A stretch of DNA of 64,000 nucleotides from Acidobacteriota bacterium (GTDB taxonomy: Bacteria; Acidobacteriota; Thermoanaerobaculia; Multivoradales; Multivoraceae), in assembly GCA_028877275.1 (NCBI GenBank), contig JAPPFP010000006.1:576775-640774 (forward strand), read 5' to 3'. The notes beneath the pieces are model-generated. The model was not told the DNA's origin. It saw only the letters and a program-made list of their open reading frames with translations, and did no database searches. The position numbers were made by a program, and so were the translations under genes. Below are positions 45,565 through 55,600 of this stretch, one piece after another. The stretch's first letter is position 1; every line of letters starts with the position of its first letter.

Positions 45565-47092
45565 CCACAGCCGGCAACGACCGGCTTCCAGGCGGCTCCG
45601 CGCAGGTCTGGCCGGCGCGGCGATCCTGCTGGCTGCCTGTGGGGCGCCGGCGCCTCCGCCGGAGCCCCGGCTTCCCCACATCGTCCTGATCGTCCCGGAC
45701 GACCTGGGCCGGCATGACGTCAGCTTCCACGGCGGTGAGATCGCCACTCCGAACATCGACCGGATCGCCGCCGAGGGAGTGCTGATCGAGCGCTTCTACA
45801 CGGCGCCCATCTGCTCGCCGACCCGGGCGGGTCTGATGACGGGCCGCTATCCCATCCGCTACGGGCTGATGCGGAACGTCATCGCACCCTGGCAGGACTT
45901 CGGGCTGGACATGGAGGAAGTCACCCTTCCCGAGGTGCTTGCCGCCGCGGGCTACGAGCACCGCGCCGCCTTCGGCAAATGGCATCTGGGCCACGTCCGC
46001 CGGGAGCACCACCCGCTGCGGCGCGGCTTCACGGAGTTCGTCGGCCACAACACGTCGATCGACTACTTCACGAAGGAGCGGTTCGGCGAACGGGACTGGT
46101 TTCACGGCTACGAGCCGGCCGACGAAGAGGGTTACGTCACGGACCTGGTGGCCGGGCACGCGGTCGGCTTCATCGACCGGCACGCGAGCGACGAGACGCC
46201 GTTCTTCCTCTACGTTCCGTTCAACGCGGCGCACTCTCCGCTGCAGGCCAAGGAGGAGGACCTGCCGCGGTACGCTCACCTCGACGCCGTCGAGCCGCCG
46301 CGCAGTTGGGAGGAAGTCACCGCCGGTTGGCCTCTGGCGCCGGAGGAGCAGCGCCGCGAAGACCGCCGCGTCCACGCGGCGATGGTCCATGCGCTGGACG
46401 AGGGCGTGGGCCGGATTCTCCGGGCGATCGACGATCGCGGCATCGCGGAGAACACCCTCGTCCTCTTCTTCAGCGACAACGGCGGCGGCCTCGGCGCCGC
46501 TGACAACGGGCCCTACCGGGGCACGAAGAGCACCGTCTTCGAGGGCGGCACGCGCGTCGCGGCGGCGGCCCGCTGGCCGGCGGGCGGCTTCTCGGGCGGC
46601 GGTCGGGTGAAGGCGCCGGTCGCCTACATCGACATCCTGCCGACCCTGATGGGAATCGCGGGCATCGACCACCACGGCGGCAAGAAGCTCGACGGCCGAA
46701 ACGTCCGCGACGTCCTCGCCGGCGCGGACCCGGACGGACCGGCGCGCGACCTGTTCTCCTTCGTCGGCCAGAAGAACCCGGAGCGGGAGCAGGTGTCGGT
46801 CATGTCGGGTGCCTGGAAGCTCGTCGTCATCGGCCCGCCGCTTGACCGGCCGGGATCGGCGGCGGCGTCCGAGCAGCTTCTGTACCGGATCGAGGAAGAT
46901 CCCTTCGAGGAACGGAATCTGGCCACGGACCATCCGGACGTGAGGGCGCGACTCTTCGAAAAGGCCCGGGAGTTCCGCGCTCTGCAACCGCCGAACCCGG
47001 TGGGGTCGTTCGGCGCGGGTATGGAAGGGTTTGAGCCGCCGCCGAACTGGCAGTTCCCGGATGCCGATGCCACTGACTTGGGAGGATCCTGA
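45554..47092 (+). CDS. Sulfatase, single domain; recent duplicate of domain 1 of 42820..45564
   Basis: The signature is CSPTRAGLMTGRYPIRYG. Nucleotides 45680-46100 are about 85% identical to 42940-43360 by eye. Confidence 0.9.
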   Translation: MAASHSRQRPASRRLRAGLAGAAILLAACGAPAPPPEPRLPHIVLIVPDDLGRHDVSFHGGEIATPNIDRIAAEGVLIERFYTAPICSPTRAGLMTGRYPIRYGLMRNVIAPWQDFGLDMEEVTLPEVLAAAGYEHRAAFGKWHLGHVRREHHPLRRGFTEFVGHNTSIDYFTKERFGERDWFHGYEPADEEGYVTDLVAGHAVGFIDRHASDETPFFLYVPFNAAHSPLQAKEEDLPRYAHLDAVEPPRSWEEVTAGWPLAPEEQRREDRRVHAAMVHALDEGVGRILRAIDDRGIAENTLVLFFSDNGGGLGAADNGPYRGTKSTVFEGGTRVAAAARWPAGGFSGGGRVKAPVAYIDILPTLMGIAGIDHHGGKKLDGRNVRDVLAGADPDGPARDLFSFVGQKNPEREQVSVMSGAWKLVVIGPPLDRPGSAAASEQLLYRIEEDPFEERNLATDHPDVRARLFEKAREFRALQPPNPVGSFGAGMEGFEPPPNWQFPDADATDLGGS

Positions 47093-47094
47093 CC

Positions 47095-48051
47095 ATGCGT
47101 TCGATTCACTGTGCCCTTGCCGGCGTCGCCCTGTTGCTTGGTGGCTGTGCCAGTCCCCCCGCCGACCAGTCGCCGGCCCCGGCCGCGGCCGACGACCCGG
47201 GCGCGCCGTTTCACGGCGCCTGGGAGCTCGCGTCGATCGTCCGCTACTCGGGCGAAGGCGAAGAGCTTTCGCGCAACGAGTCGTCGACCGGCTTCATCAT
47301 GTACGACCCGGCCGGAACGATGGGTGTCGTCATCCAGGGCGCCGACCGTGCGCCTTACGCGGGTGAAGAGGCGACGCCCGAGGAGATCCTGGCGGCCTAC
47401 CGGTCGTACACGTCCTACTTCGGCGGTTTCACGGTGGACCCGGAGGCGGGTACCGTCACCCACCACCTGCGGGCGAGCATGAACCCGAGCGGCGCCGGCT
47501 CGGACTACGTGCGCCACTACGAATTCGGGGAGGACAGCCTGACGCTGCAGCCTCCGGCGGGCGCCGACGGCGGCGTCGTACGGCTGACCTGGAGGCGGCT
47601 ACCCGACCTCGCCGAACTCACGGACGAGCATCGCCGCTTCATCGGCTTCTGGGAGTTCTCCCGGCTCGACCGCACGGACGACTCGGGTGCGGCGCTGCCG
47701 GTGCAGCGGACCTACGAGGACGGCTTCATCATCTACACGGCCTCCGGCCACATGGCGGTCCACCTGGTCCGTCCGGGCCGGGAGCTCTTCGCCGACGGCC
47801 GCCCGACGGCGGAGGAGGCGGGCGCCGCGATGGGGACATACGTCAGCTACTTCGGTCCGTACACGATCCACGCGGACGAGGGATTCGTCGTCCACCAGCG
47901 GCCCGGCTGCTGGTTCCCCGGCTGCATCGGCTCGGACGCCCGGCGGGGCTACGAGTTCGGAGACGGCACGCTGACGCTGAAGCCGCCGGCGCGGGAAGTC
48001 GACGGTGGCTCGGTCCAGGACGCTTTGACGTGGGAACGTGTCGGCGAGTAG
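47095..48051 (+). CDS. Lipoprotein with two tandem lipocalin-like domains
   Basis: The lipobox is LLGGCAS. An internal repeat runs FHGAWELASIV...SYFGGFTVD...TLQPP and FIGFWEFSRL...SYFGPYTIH...TLKPP. The gene starts 3 nt after the sulfatase stop. Confidence 0.6.
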   Translation: MRSIHCALAGVALLLGGCASPPADQSPAPAAADDPGAPFHGAWELASIVRYSGEGEELSRNESSTGFIMYDPAGTMGVVIQGADRAPYAGEEATPEEILAAYRSYTSYFGGFTVDPEAGTVTHHLRASMNPSGAGSDYVRHYEFGEDSLTLQPPAGADGGVVRLTWRRLPDLAELTDEHRRFIGFWEFSRLDRTDDSGAALPVQRTYEDGFIIYTASGHMAVHLVRPGRELFADGRPTAEEAGAAMGTYVSYFGPYTIHADEGFVVHQRPGCWFPGCIGSDARRGYEFGDGTLTLKPPAREVDGGSVQDALTWERVGE

Positions 48052-48100
48052 GAGGCGGCTCGGGTCACCACCTTCCTCGCCGCTCCGCGGCTCGTTGGAT

Positions 48101-48119
48101 GCCGACGGGGACGTCGGCG
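48101..48119. terminator. GC-rich hairpin GCCGACG-GGGA-CGTCGGC between convergent genes
   Basis: The stem is 7 bp with a 4-nt loop and there is no U-tract. It lies between the stops at 48051 (+) and 48134 (-). Confidence 0.3.
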
Positions 48120-48133
48120 CACCCAGTGTGTAG

Positions 48134-49237
48134 CTACGCGGTCTTTGCGATCTTCCGTCGTAGCCAGTCGATCAGCACCTGGTTCGTCTCGGCCGGCTTC
48201 TCCTGCTGCGTCCAGTGACCGCAGTCGGCGACGGTGTACTTCTCGAAGTCGTCGATGAAGTCCTCCATGCCGTCGGCTGAAGAGGGGCGCAGGATGACGT
48301 CGTTCTCGGCGCCGATGTAGAGGCACGGCACGTCGATCTCCCACTTCGCGTTCTCGATGCCCGGGAACGGGCGACCGGCCATGCGGTACCAGTTGAGGCC
48401 GCCGGTGAAGCCGGTGATCTCGAAGGTCTCGGTGAAGTAGTCCAGGGCCTCCTCTGACAGGAACACCTCGCCCGGGTAGTCCTCCCGGTCCAGCATCCGG
48501 AGCAGGTCCATCTGCCGTTCGGGTGAGTCCGCCGGCATCGCCTTGAACGCCTCGACGTCCCAGATGTAGCCGCGCCGCAGCAGCATCTCGAAGGACTTGC
48601 GCACGTCGGCGGAGAGAGCCTTCTCGGCCCGGCCGGGCTCCTGGAACTGGACCGTGTAGTAGTTCTCGGACCGGACGATCAGGGGCTCCTCGGTCGGCTG
48701 CCGGCGGGGCATGCCGGGAGGCCGTCCGCCCGGCGTGTTCACGCCGACGATGCCGAGGCAGCGGTCCGGGTGGAGCCGCGCCATCATCCAGACCACGCCG
48801 CCGCCCCAGTCGTGGCCGACGAAGACGGCTCTGTCGATCTCGAGCGCGTCGAGCATTCCGGCCATGTCGTCGCAGAGGTGCCTCAGGCTGTACTCCGCCA
48901 CCTCCTCCGGGCGGTCGGTCAGGCCGTAGCCGCGTTGATCGGGGGCGATGGCGTGGAATCCCGCCTCGGCCAGGGCGGGGAGCTGGAACCGCCAGGAGAA
49001 GGCGAGTTCGGGGAAGCCGTGGCAGAGCACGACGGGGATGCCGGAGCCCTGTTCGTAGACCGCCATGCGGATGCCGTTCGTCTGCACGAAGCGGGGCGCT
49101 GGCATGCCGGGCGCCGCCCGCACCTCGGCGCCGCGGGCCAGGCCGGGCAGCGCCAGCGCACCGGCCAGGACACTCGTGGACTGCAGAAAGCTGCGGCGCG
49201 TCAAGGCGCCGGGGATCAGGGCGTGAGACGGGATCAT
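48134..49237 (-). CDS. Alpha/beta hydrolase (epoxide hydrolase / haloalkane dehalogenase-like) with Tat signal
   Basis: The Tat signal is RRSFLQSTSVLAGALALPGLARG. The HGFP oxyanion motif is present and the nucleophile elbow reads HDWGG. The track ORF was trimmed from 49561. Confidence 0.8.
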   Translation of the reverse strand: MIPSHALIPGALTRRSFLQSTSVLAGALALPGLARGAEVRAAPGMPAPRFVQTNGIRMAVYEQGSGIPVVLCHGFPELAFSWRFQLPALAEAGFHAIAPDQRGYGLTDRPEEVAEYSLRHLCDDMAGMLDALEIDRAVFVGHDWGGGVVWMMARLHPDRCLGIVGVNTPGGRPPGMPRRQPTEEPLIVRSENYYTVQFQEPGRAEKALSADVRKSFEMLLRRGYIWDVEAFKAMPADSPERQMDLLRMLDREDYPGEVFLSEEALDYFTETFEITGFTGGLNWYRMAGRPFPGIENAKWEIDVPCLYIGAENDVILRPSSADGMEDFIDDFEKYTVADCGHWTQQEKPAETNQVLIDWLRRKIAKTA

Positions 49238-49325
49238 CGGGACCTCCGGAATCGGGGACGGGGTGATGCGCGTTGCTTGAAGTGGCCGGAGTATCTCAGG
49301 CCGATCCGAGGAAAGGCGTACAATA

Positions 49326-49697
49326 GTGGCGATGCGCACTACCTTCAGGCTTGCGGGTTCGTTCCTGGCGCTTGCCGTTCTGGCGGCGCCGGCGGCCGGA
49401 ATCTGCGCCTCCCTCGCCGCGTCCGAGGACCCCTGTGCCATGCAGACGACCCACGAGGCGGCGTCCTGCGGCCACGAGAAGATGGTGATGACGGGCTGCT
49501 GCGCCGCAGAGTCCGTCGATCCCGCCACGGCCGGGATTCTCCCTGGCTCCGCCGGCGACATCGACCCGCCCGCCCTGGCCGGGCCAGGGCTGGACGCACC
49601 CGAACGCTGTGGCCTCGAAGCCGCGGTGCTCGCCTGCGACGGAGACCTGCCGCCCGCTGTCCCGCGCTACAGGCTGTACTCGGCCCTGTTGCTCTGA
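49326..49697 (+). CDS. Small Cys/His-rich secreted protein upstream of Cus/Czc-like operon (position analogous to czcI)
   Basis: There is a signal peptide. The motifs are CAMQTTHEAASCGHEKMVMTGCC, ERCGLEAAVLAC, and eight Cys in total. GC3 looks coding. Confidence 0.4.
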   Translation: MAMRTTFRLAGSFLALAVLAAPAAGICASLAASEDPCAMQTTHEAASCGHEKMVMTGCCAAESVDPATAGILPGSAGDIDPPALAGPGLDAPERCGLEAAVLACDGDLPPAVPRYRLYSALLL

Positions 49698-49774
49698 TCC
49701 TCCGCTGAAGCGAGTCGGAGCGGTTGCCCCCGAAGCGGGCGGCCGCGGAGAACACGTTTCCGCGGAGGAGTCAG

Positions 49775-51139
49775 ATGGTTCGACACACGCCTTGCCTGCT
49801 TGCCGCCGTCCTGCTGACGGTCGGCTGGGCAGGAACATCGATGGCCGAGACCGGCCAGGCGGCCCCGGTTCGGGCGCCGGCGGACCGGGTCACCCAGGGG
49901 ATCGCGGACGAAGCGTTGCGCGCGCTCGTCGAGGAGGTGCTGGAGCGGAATCCGGGACTGCGGGCCGGTTTCGCCCGCGCACGGGCCGCCGCGCAGAAAG
50001 CGCCGCAGGCGGCGTCACTGCCCGATCCGATGGCGGAGGCGACCGCTTTTCTCGCTCCGCCGGAAACCCGGGTCGGGCCGCAGCGGCTCATGCTCGGCTA
50101 CAGCCAGCCGTTGCCGTGGCTGCCCAAGCTCGACCTGCGGGAGGAAGCGGCGGTTCACGGAGCCGATGCCCTGGAGTACAGCGTGCAGGCGGATCGGCTC
50201 CGGCTGGTCACGGAGGCCCGGCGGCTCTACTACGAACTGGCCTTCCTCGATCGTTCGAGGGAGACCGCGGAGACCTTCCTCGAGCATCTCATCCAGCACG
50301 AGGAGGTCGCCCAGGCACGGTACGCGACCGGCGTGGGATCGACTCAGGCCGTGCTGAAGCTGCAGGCGGAGATCACGCGCGCCGAGCGGGCGCTCGTCGA
50401 CCTGGATCTCGCCGAAGCCGCCCTGCGCGCGCGGCTCAACTCGCTGCGGGACCGGCCTGCGACAGCAGCGGTCGTGAGAGGTTCCCTCCCCGCGGCAGTC
50501 GAAGAAGCCGCGCTGGAGGTCGGGAGCCTCGGGGCCCTGGCTCGATCGTCGCGCCCCGAGTTGCGCGCGGCGGAGGCCGGGCTCGCCCGGGCCGAAACGC
50601 TGGAGGATCTGGCCCGGATGGCCTCCAGGCCCGATTTCAACGTCGGCGTCACCTACACGCTGGTGACCCCGCGCGACGACGAGGCCGGCCGCCTGCTGGC
50701 CCCGGCCGGCAACGGGAACGACGTGTTCGGCGTACGCGGCGGCGTCACGCTGCCACTGCGCCGGCGCAGCCGCGCGGCGGCGGTGCAGGAGGCGCTCGAC
50801 CTGCGCTCCCAGGCGGTCGATGAGCGGCGCGCCGCGGAACTGGTCGTCGAGTCGGAGGTGGGCGACCTGACCCAGCGGCTGCCGCTGGCCTGGAGGCGGC
50901 TACGGCTGCTGGAGGACCTGCTCGTCGTGCAGGCGGAGGAGGCGCTGGAGTCGGCGGAGGCGGGGTACATCGCCGGCTCGCTCAACACACTCGACCTGTT
51001 CGACGCCGAGCACGTCCTGTTCGAGGCGCAGACGGCGACGGATCGGGCAAGGGCCGACTACCTGATCGGCCTTGCGGAACTGGAAGGAGCGATCGGCAGA
51101 CCGCTTGCGGCCACGAAGAGGGGAGGGACAAAGAGATGA
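49775..51139 (+). CDS. Outer membrane efflux protein (TolC/CusC/CzcC family)
   Basis: GGAGGAG lies upstream. There is a signal peptide and two OEP repeats. Confidence 0.85.
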   Translation: MVRHTPCLLAAVLLTVGWAGTSMAETGQAAPVRAPADRVTQGIADEALRALVEEVLERNPGLRAGFARARAAAQKAPQAASLPDPMAEATAFLAPPETRVGPQRLMLGYSQPLPWLPKLDLREEAAVHGADALEYSVQADRLRLVTEARRLYYELAFLDRSRETAETFLEHLIQHEEVAQARYATGVGSTQAVLKLQAEITRAERALVDLDLAEAALRARLNSLRDRPATAAVVRGSLPAAVEEAALEVGSLGALARSSRPELRAAEAGLARAETLEDLARMASRPDFNVGVTYTLVTPRDDEAGRLLAPAGNGNDVFGVRGGVTLPLRRRSRAAAVQEALDLRSQAVDERRAAELVVESEVGDLTQRLPLAWRRLRLLEDLLVVQAEEALESAEAGYIAGSLNTLDLFDAEHVLFEAQTATDRARADYLIGLAELEGAIGRPLAATKRGGTKR

Positions 51140-52653
51140 CGGACAACGCGAACGGATTCGGCGGACCGCTTGGGACCTGGCTGCGCGGCGTGGCCTGGGT
51201 CGTCGGGAGCTTCGTCGCCTTCTTCCTCCTGTTCTTCGATCCCCTGGAGCTGCATCCGGCGGACTCCTGGCTGCAACGCACCGTCGGCTACCACGCAGGC
51301 CCGATGACCACGGCGGCCGGGGCCGGGGAGGCTGCCTCCGCGGCCGGCGAACGGCAGGTCCTCTTTTACAGGAATCCGATGGACCCGACGATCACCTCGC
51401 CCGTGCCGGCCAAGGACGAGATGGGGATGGACTACGTGCCGGTCTACGCCGACGAGGCGGAGCGGGCGTTCGGCGCCGGCACGACGGTCTCGATCGACCC
51501 GGCGGTGGTCCAGAACATGAACGTCCGCACGGAAACGGCCACCCGGCGCGACCTGCGCCACGAGATCCGGACCGTCGGCTACCTGGAGTACGACCAGGAA
51601 CGGATGGTCACCGTGACCACGAAGTACGACGGTTGGGTGGAGAAGGTCCATGTGAATCACGTCGGCGAGCCGGTGGCCGAGGGCGCGGGCCTGTTCGAGG
51701 TCTACTCCCCCGAACTGGTCCAGACCGAGCAGGAGCTCCTCTCGGCGATCCGCTACGCGGCCCGGTTCCGGGACGCGCCGGACAGCGCCCGGCTGCGGGC
51801 CGAGGCCCTGGTCGACGCGGCGCGGGCCCGGCTCGCGTTCTGGGACATCTCTCCGGCCCAGATCGCGCGTCTCGAGGAAACGGGCGAGATCTTCCGCACC
51901 CTGACGGTTACCGCGCCGGCCGGCGGCCTGGTCATGAGGCGGATGCCGGGTCTCGAGGGAATGGCGGTGACGCCCGGAATGGAGGCGTACCACATCGCCG
52001 ACATCACCTCGCTGTGGCTTTCGGTCGAGGTGTTCGAGGACCAAGTGGTCTGGATCCGTCCGGGCACCGAAGCGGAGGTGACGTTCACCTACTTCCCGGG
52101 CGAGACGATCCGTGGGACGGTCGAGTTCATCGAGCCGGAGCTGTCGGAGCGCACCCGCACGCTGACGGTGAAGATCGCGGTGCCGAATCCGGACGGTCGG
52201 CTGCGCAAGGGGATGTTCGCCACGGTCGTCTTCGATCCGGTCCTCGTTCCGGGAGCCCTGACCATTCCTACCGAGTCCGTCTTGCGGACGGGTCGGCGGA
52301 GCGTGGTCATCGTGGCCCAGGGCGGCGGCCGTTTCGAGCCCCGCGAGGTGGAGCTGGGCCAGACGGCGGGCGGCCTGGCCGAAGTCCGCTCGGGCCTGGC
52401 TGCGGGGGAGGACGTCGTCACGTCGTCCCAGTTCCTGCTCGACTCGGAGTCCAGACTGCGGGCGGCGGTCCAGCAGATGATCGACGCGGCATCGGCGCCG
52501 GAGGGCGCGGCCCAGGGGCACGAGGGCCACGAGATGAGCCACGAGGGCCACGACATGGACGGGATGGATCACGACATGGACCACGAGGGTCATGCCGCGG
52601 CCGAGCCTGAGGCCGTCGATCCGCACGACGGCCACGGCAACCACGGCCGGTGA
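51136..52653 (+). CDS. Heavy-metal RND efflux periplasmic adaptor (CusB-like) with His-rich C-terminal tail
   Basis: The N-terminal VLFYRNPMDPTITSPVPAKDEMGMDYVP resembles the metal-binding N-terminus of CusB. The tail reads GHEGHEMSHEGHDMDGMDHDMDHEGH. Confidence 0.85.
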   Translation: MTDNANGFGGPLGTWLRGVAWVVGSFVAFFLLFFDPLELHPADSWLQRTVGYHAGPMTTAAGAGEAASAAGERQVLFYRNPMDPTITSPVPAKDEMGMDYVPVYADEAERAFGAGTTVSIDPAVVQNMNVRTETATRRDLRHEIRTVGYLEYDQERMVTVTTKYDGWVEKVHVNHVGEPVAEGAGLFEVYSPELVQTEQELLSAIRYAARFRDAPDSARLRAEALVDAARARLAFWDISPAQIARLEETGEIFRTLTVTAPAGGLVMRRMPGLEGMAVTPGMEAYHIADITSLWLSVEVFEDQVVWIRPGTEAEVTFTYFPGETIRGTVEFIEPELSERTRTLTVKIAVPNPDGRLRKGMFATVVFDPVLVPGALTIPTESVLRTGRRSVVIVAQGGGRFEPREVELGQTAGGLAEVRSGLAAGEDVVTSSQFLLDSESRLRAAVQQMIDAASAPEGAAQGHEGHEMSHEGHDMDGMDHDMDHEGHAAAEPEAVDPHDGHGNHGR

Positions 52654-52657
52654 TCCG

Positions 52658-55600
52658 ATGCTGAACCGGATCATCGAATGGTCCCTCCGCAACCAGTTGC
52701 TGGTTGCCGGGGGGCTGATCGTGGCGGTGGCGGCCGGGGTCTGGTCGGTGCGGACGACCCGCATCGACGCGATTCCGGACCTCTCGGACGTGCAGGTCAT
52801 CCTGTTCACCGAGTTTCCGGGGCAGGCGCCGCAGGTGGTCGAGGACCAGGTGACCTACCCGATCACCTCGACGATGCTCTCGGTGCCCTACGCGAAGGTG
52901 GTCCGCGGCTACTCCTTCTTCGGCTTCTCCTTCGTCTACGTCATCTTCGAGGACGGCACGGATCTCTACTGGGCGCGTTCCCGGGTGCTCGAGTCCGTGG
53001 CGGGACTCGAGGGCAGGCTGCCGCCGGGCACATCGCCGCAGCTCGGACCGGACGCGACCGGCGTCGGCTGGGCCTTCATGTACGTGCTGAACTCGGATTC
53101 CCGGTCCCTGGCGGAGCTTCGATCGCTCCAGGACTGGTACCTGAAGTACGGCCTGCTGACCGTCGAAGGGGTCTCGGAGGTCGCCTCGATCGGCGGCTTC
53201 GTGCGCCAGTACCAGGTCGAGGTGGACCCGGTCCGCCTGCGCGCCTACGGCCTCTCGCTTCCCGTCGTCCGGCAGGCGATCGAGGAATCGAACGCCGACG
53301 TGGGCGGCCGGCTGATCGAGATGGCGGAGCGGGAGTACATGGTCCGCGGGCGAGGCTACGTCCAGGAGCTGCGGGACCTGGAGACGATCGTCCTCGCATC
53401 CGCTCCGGGCGGGGTGCCGGTCCTGCTCCGGGACGTCGCGAACGTGACGATCGGACCGGAGATCCGCCGGGGCCTGGCCGACTGGAACGGCGAGGGCGAG
53501 ACGGTGGGCGGCATCGTCGTCGTGCGCTCGGGCGCCGACACGCGGGCGACGATCGAGCGGGTGAAGGAGCGCCTCGACGAACTCGGCGGCGGCATGCCGG
53601 AGGACGTGGAGATCTCGGTCGCCTACGACCGCAGCGGCCTGATCGAGCGGTCCATCGCGACGCTGACGGACACGCTGATCGTGGAGTCGATCGTCGTGGC
53701 CGTCATCTGCCTGGTCTTCCTGTTCCACTTCCGCTCGGCGCTCGTGGCGATCCTGGCGATTCCGGTCTCGGTATTGCTGGCATTCGTCGTCATGCGAGCC
53801 CAGGGACTGGGCTCGAACATCATGTCGCTGGGCGGCATCGCGATCTCGATCGGCGTGCTGGTCGATGCCGCGATCGTCATGGTCGAGAACGTGCACCGCC
53901 ACGTCGAGGAGGACGCCGAGGCGGGCGGCAAGCAGTCCCGCTTCGACCTCGTTCTGCGCGCGGCTCAGGAGGTCGGGCCGACTCTGTTCTTCTCGCTGCT
54001 GGTCATCACGGTCTCGTTCCTGCCCGTCTTCACGCTCGAGGCTCAGGAAGGCCGGCTGTTCAAACCGCTCGCTCTGACCAAGACGTACTCGATGGCGATG
54101 GCCTCGGTGGTTGCGGTGACCGTGGTGCCGGTGCTCATGTTCTGGCTCGTCCGCGGCCGGATCGTCCACGAGCATCGCAATCCGCTGCCCCGGCTCCTGC
54201 GCTTCGTCTACCGGCCGCTGGTCGCGGGCGCCGTGCGTCTGCGCTGGCTCGTCATCGTCCTCATGCTCGCGGTGCTGGGTTCGAGCCTCGTCCCGCTCAA
54301 GCGGATCGGCTCCGAGTTCATGCCGCCGCTGTGGGAGGGCGACCTGCTCTACATGCCGACGACCCTGCCCGGCGTGTCGATCACGAAGGCCAGGGAGATC
54401 GTTCAGCAGACGGACCGGATCATCCGCAGCTTCCCGGAGGTGGAGACCGTGTTCGGCAAGGTGGGCCGGGCGGAGACGGCGACCGACCCGGCGCCGCTGT
54501 CGATGCTGGAGACGACGATCGTGCTGAAGGACCAGGACGAGTGGCGTCCCGGCCTGACTCCCGACGACCTGATCGCCGAGCTCGACCGGGCGCTCCAGTT
54601 CCCCGGCGTCACGAACTCCTGGACGATGCCGATCAAGACCCGGATCGACATGCTGTCCACCGGGATCAAGACGCCGGTCGGAATCAAGCTCGGTGGCCCG
54701 GACCTGGCGACGCTGGAACGGCTGGCGGAGCAGGTCGAGGCGGTCGTGAAACCGCTTCCGGGCACGCTCACGGCCTACGCCGAACGGGTGATGGGCGGCG
54801 CCTATCTCGATTTCGACATCGATCGGGAGGCGGCCGCGCGTTTCGGTCTGCGGATCGCCGACATCCAGGACACGATCCAGTCGGCGGTCGGGGGCATGAA
54901 CGTCTCCTGGACCGTCGAGGGCCTGGAGCGCTATCCGATCAACCTCCGTTATCCGCGGGAACTGCGGGACGATCCGGAGGCCCTGGAGCAGATCCTGGTG
55001 ACCGCGCCGGGCGGAGCGCAGGTGCCGCTCGGTCAGGTGGCGGCGATCGAGTTCCGGGACGGACCGCCGGGCATCAAGTCGGAGGGCGCCAGGCCGAACG
55101 CCTGGGTCTACGTCGACCTGGAAAGCAGCGACATCGGCGGCTGGATCGGGCGCGCTCGCGAGGAGGTCGCGGACAAGGTGGCGCTGCCTCCGGGCTACAC
55201 GCTCCTCTGGTCGGGGCAGTACGAGTACATGGAGCGGGCTCGCGACCGGTTCCTGCTCATCGTGCCGCTCACCCTCGTTCTGACCTTCGCGCTCCTGTAC
55301 CTGAGCACGCGCTCGGTGATCAAGACCGCGTTCATCGTCTCGGCTGTGCCGTTCTCGCTCGTCGGCTCGGTCTGGCTGCTCGATCAGCTCAACTACAACT
55401 GGTCCGTCGCCGTGTGGGTCGGGATGATCGCACTCGCGGGTCTCGCCGCCGAGACCGGGTCCGTGATGCTGCTCTATCTCGACCTCGTCTACGGCGAACG
55501 GAGGAGCGCGGGGACGATGAACACCCTGCGCGACCTTCGGGAAGCCGTGACCGAGGCCGCCGTCCGGCGGGTGCGACCGATCACGATGACCGTGCTGACG

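Noticed and set aside
49326-49697. Calling the small Cys-rich ORF CusF
   Set aside because: It lacks the Met/Met/His/Trp Cu(I) site of CusF and is Cys-rich instead. I kept it as an unassigned small secreted protein.
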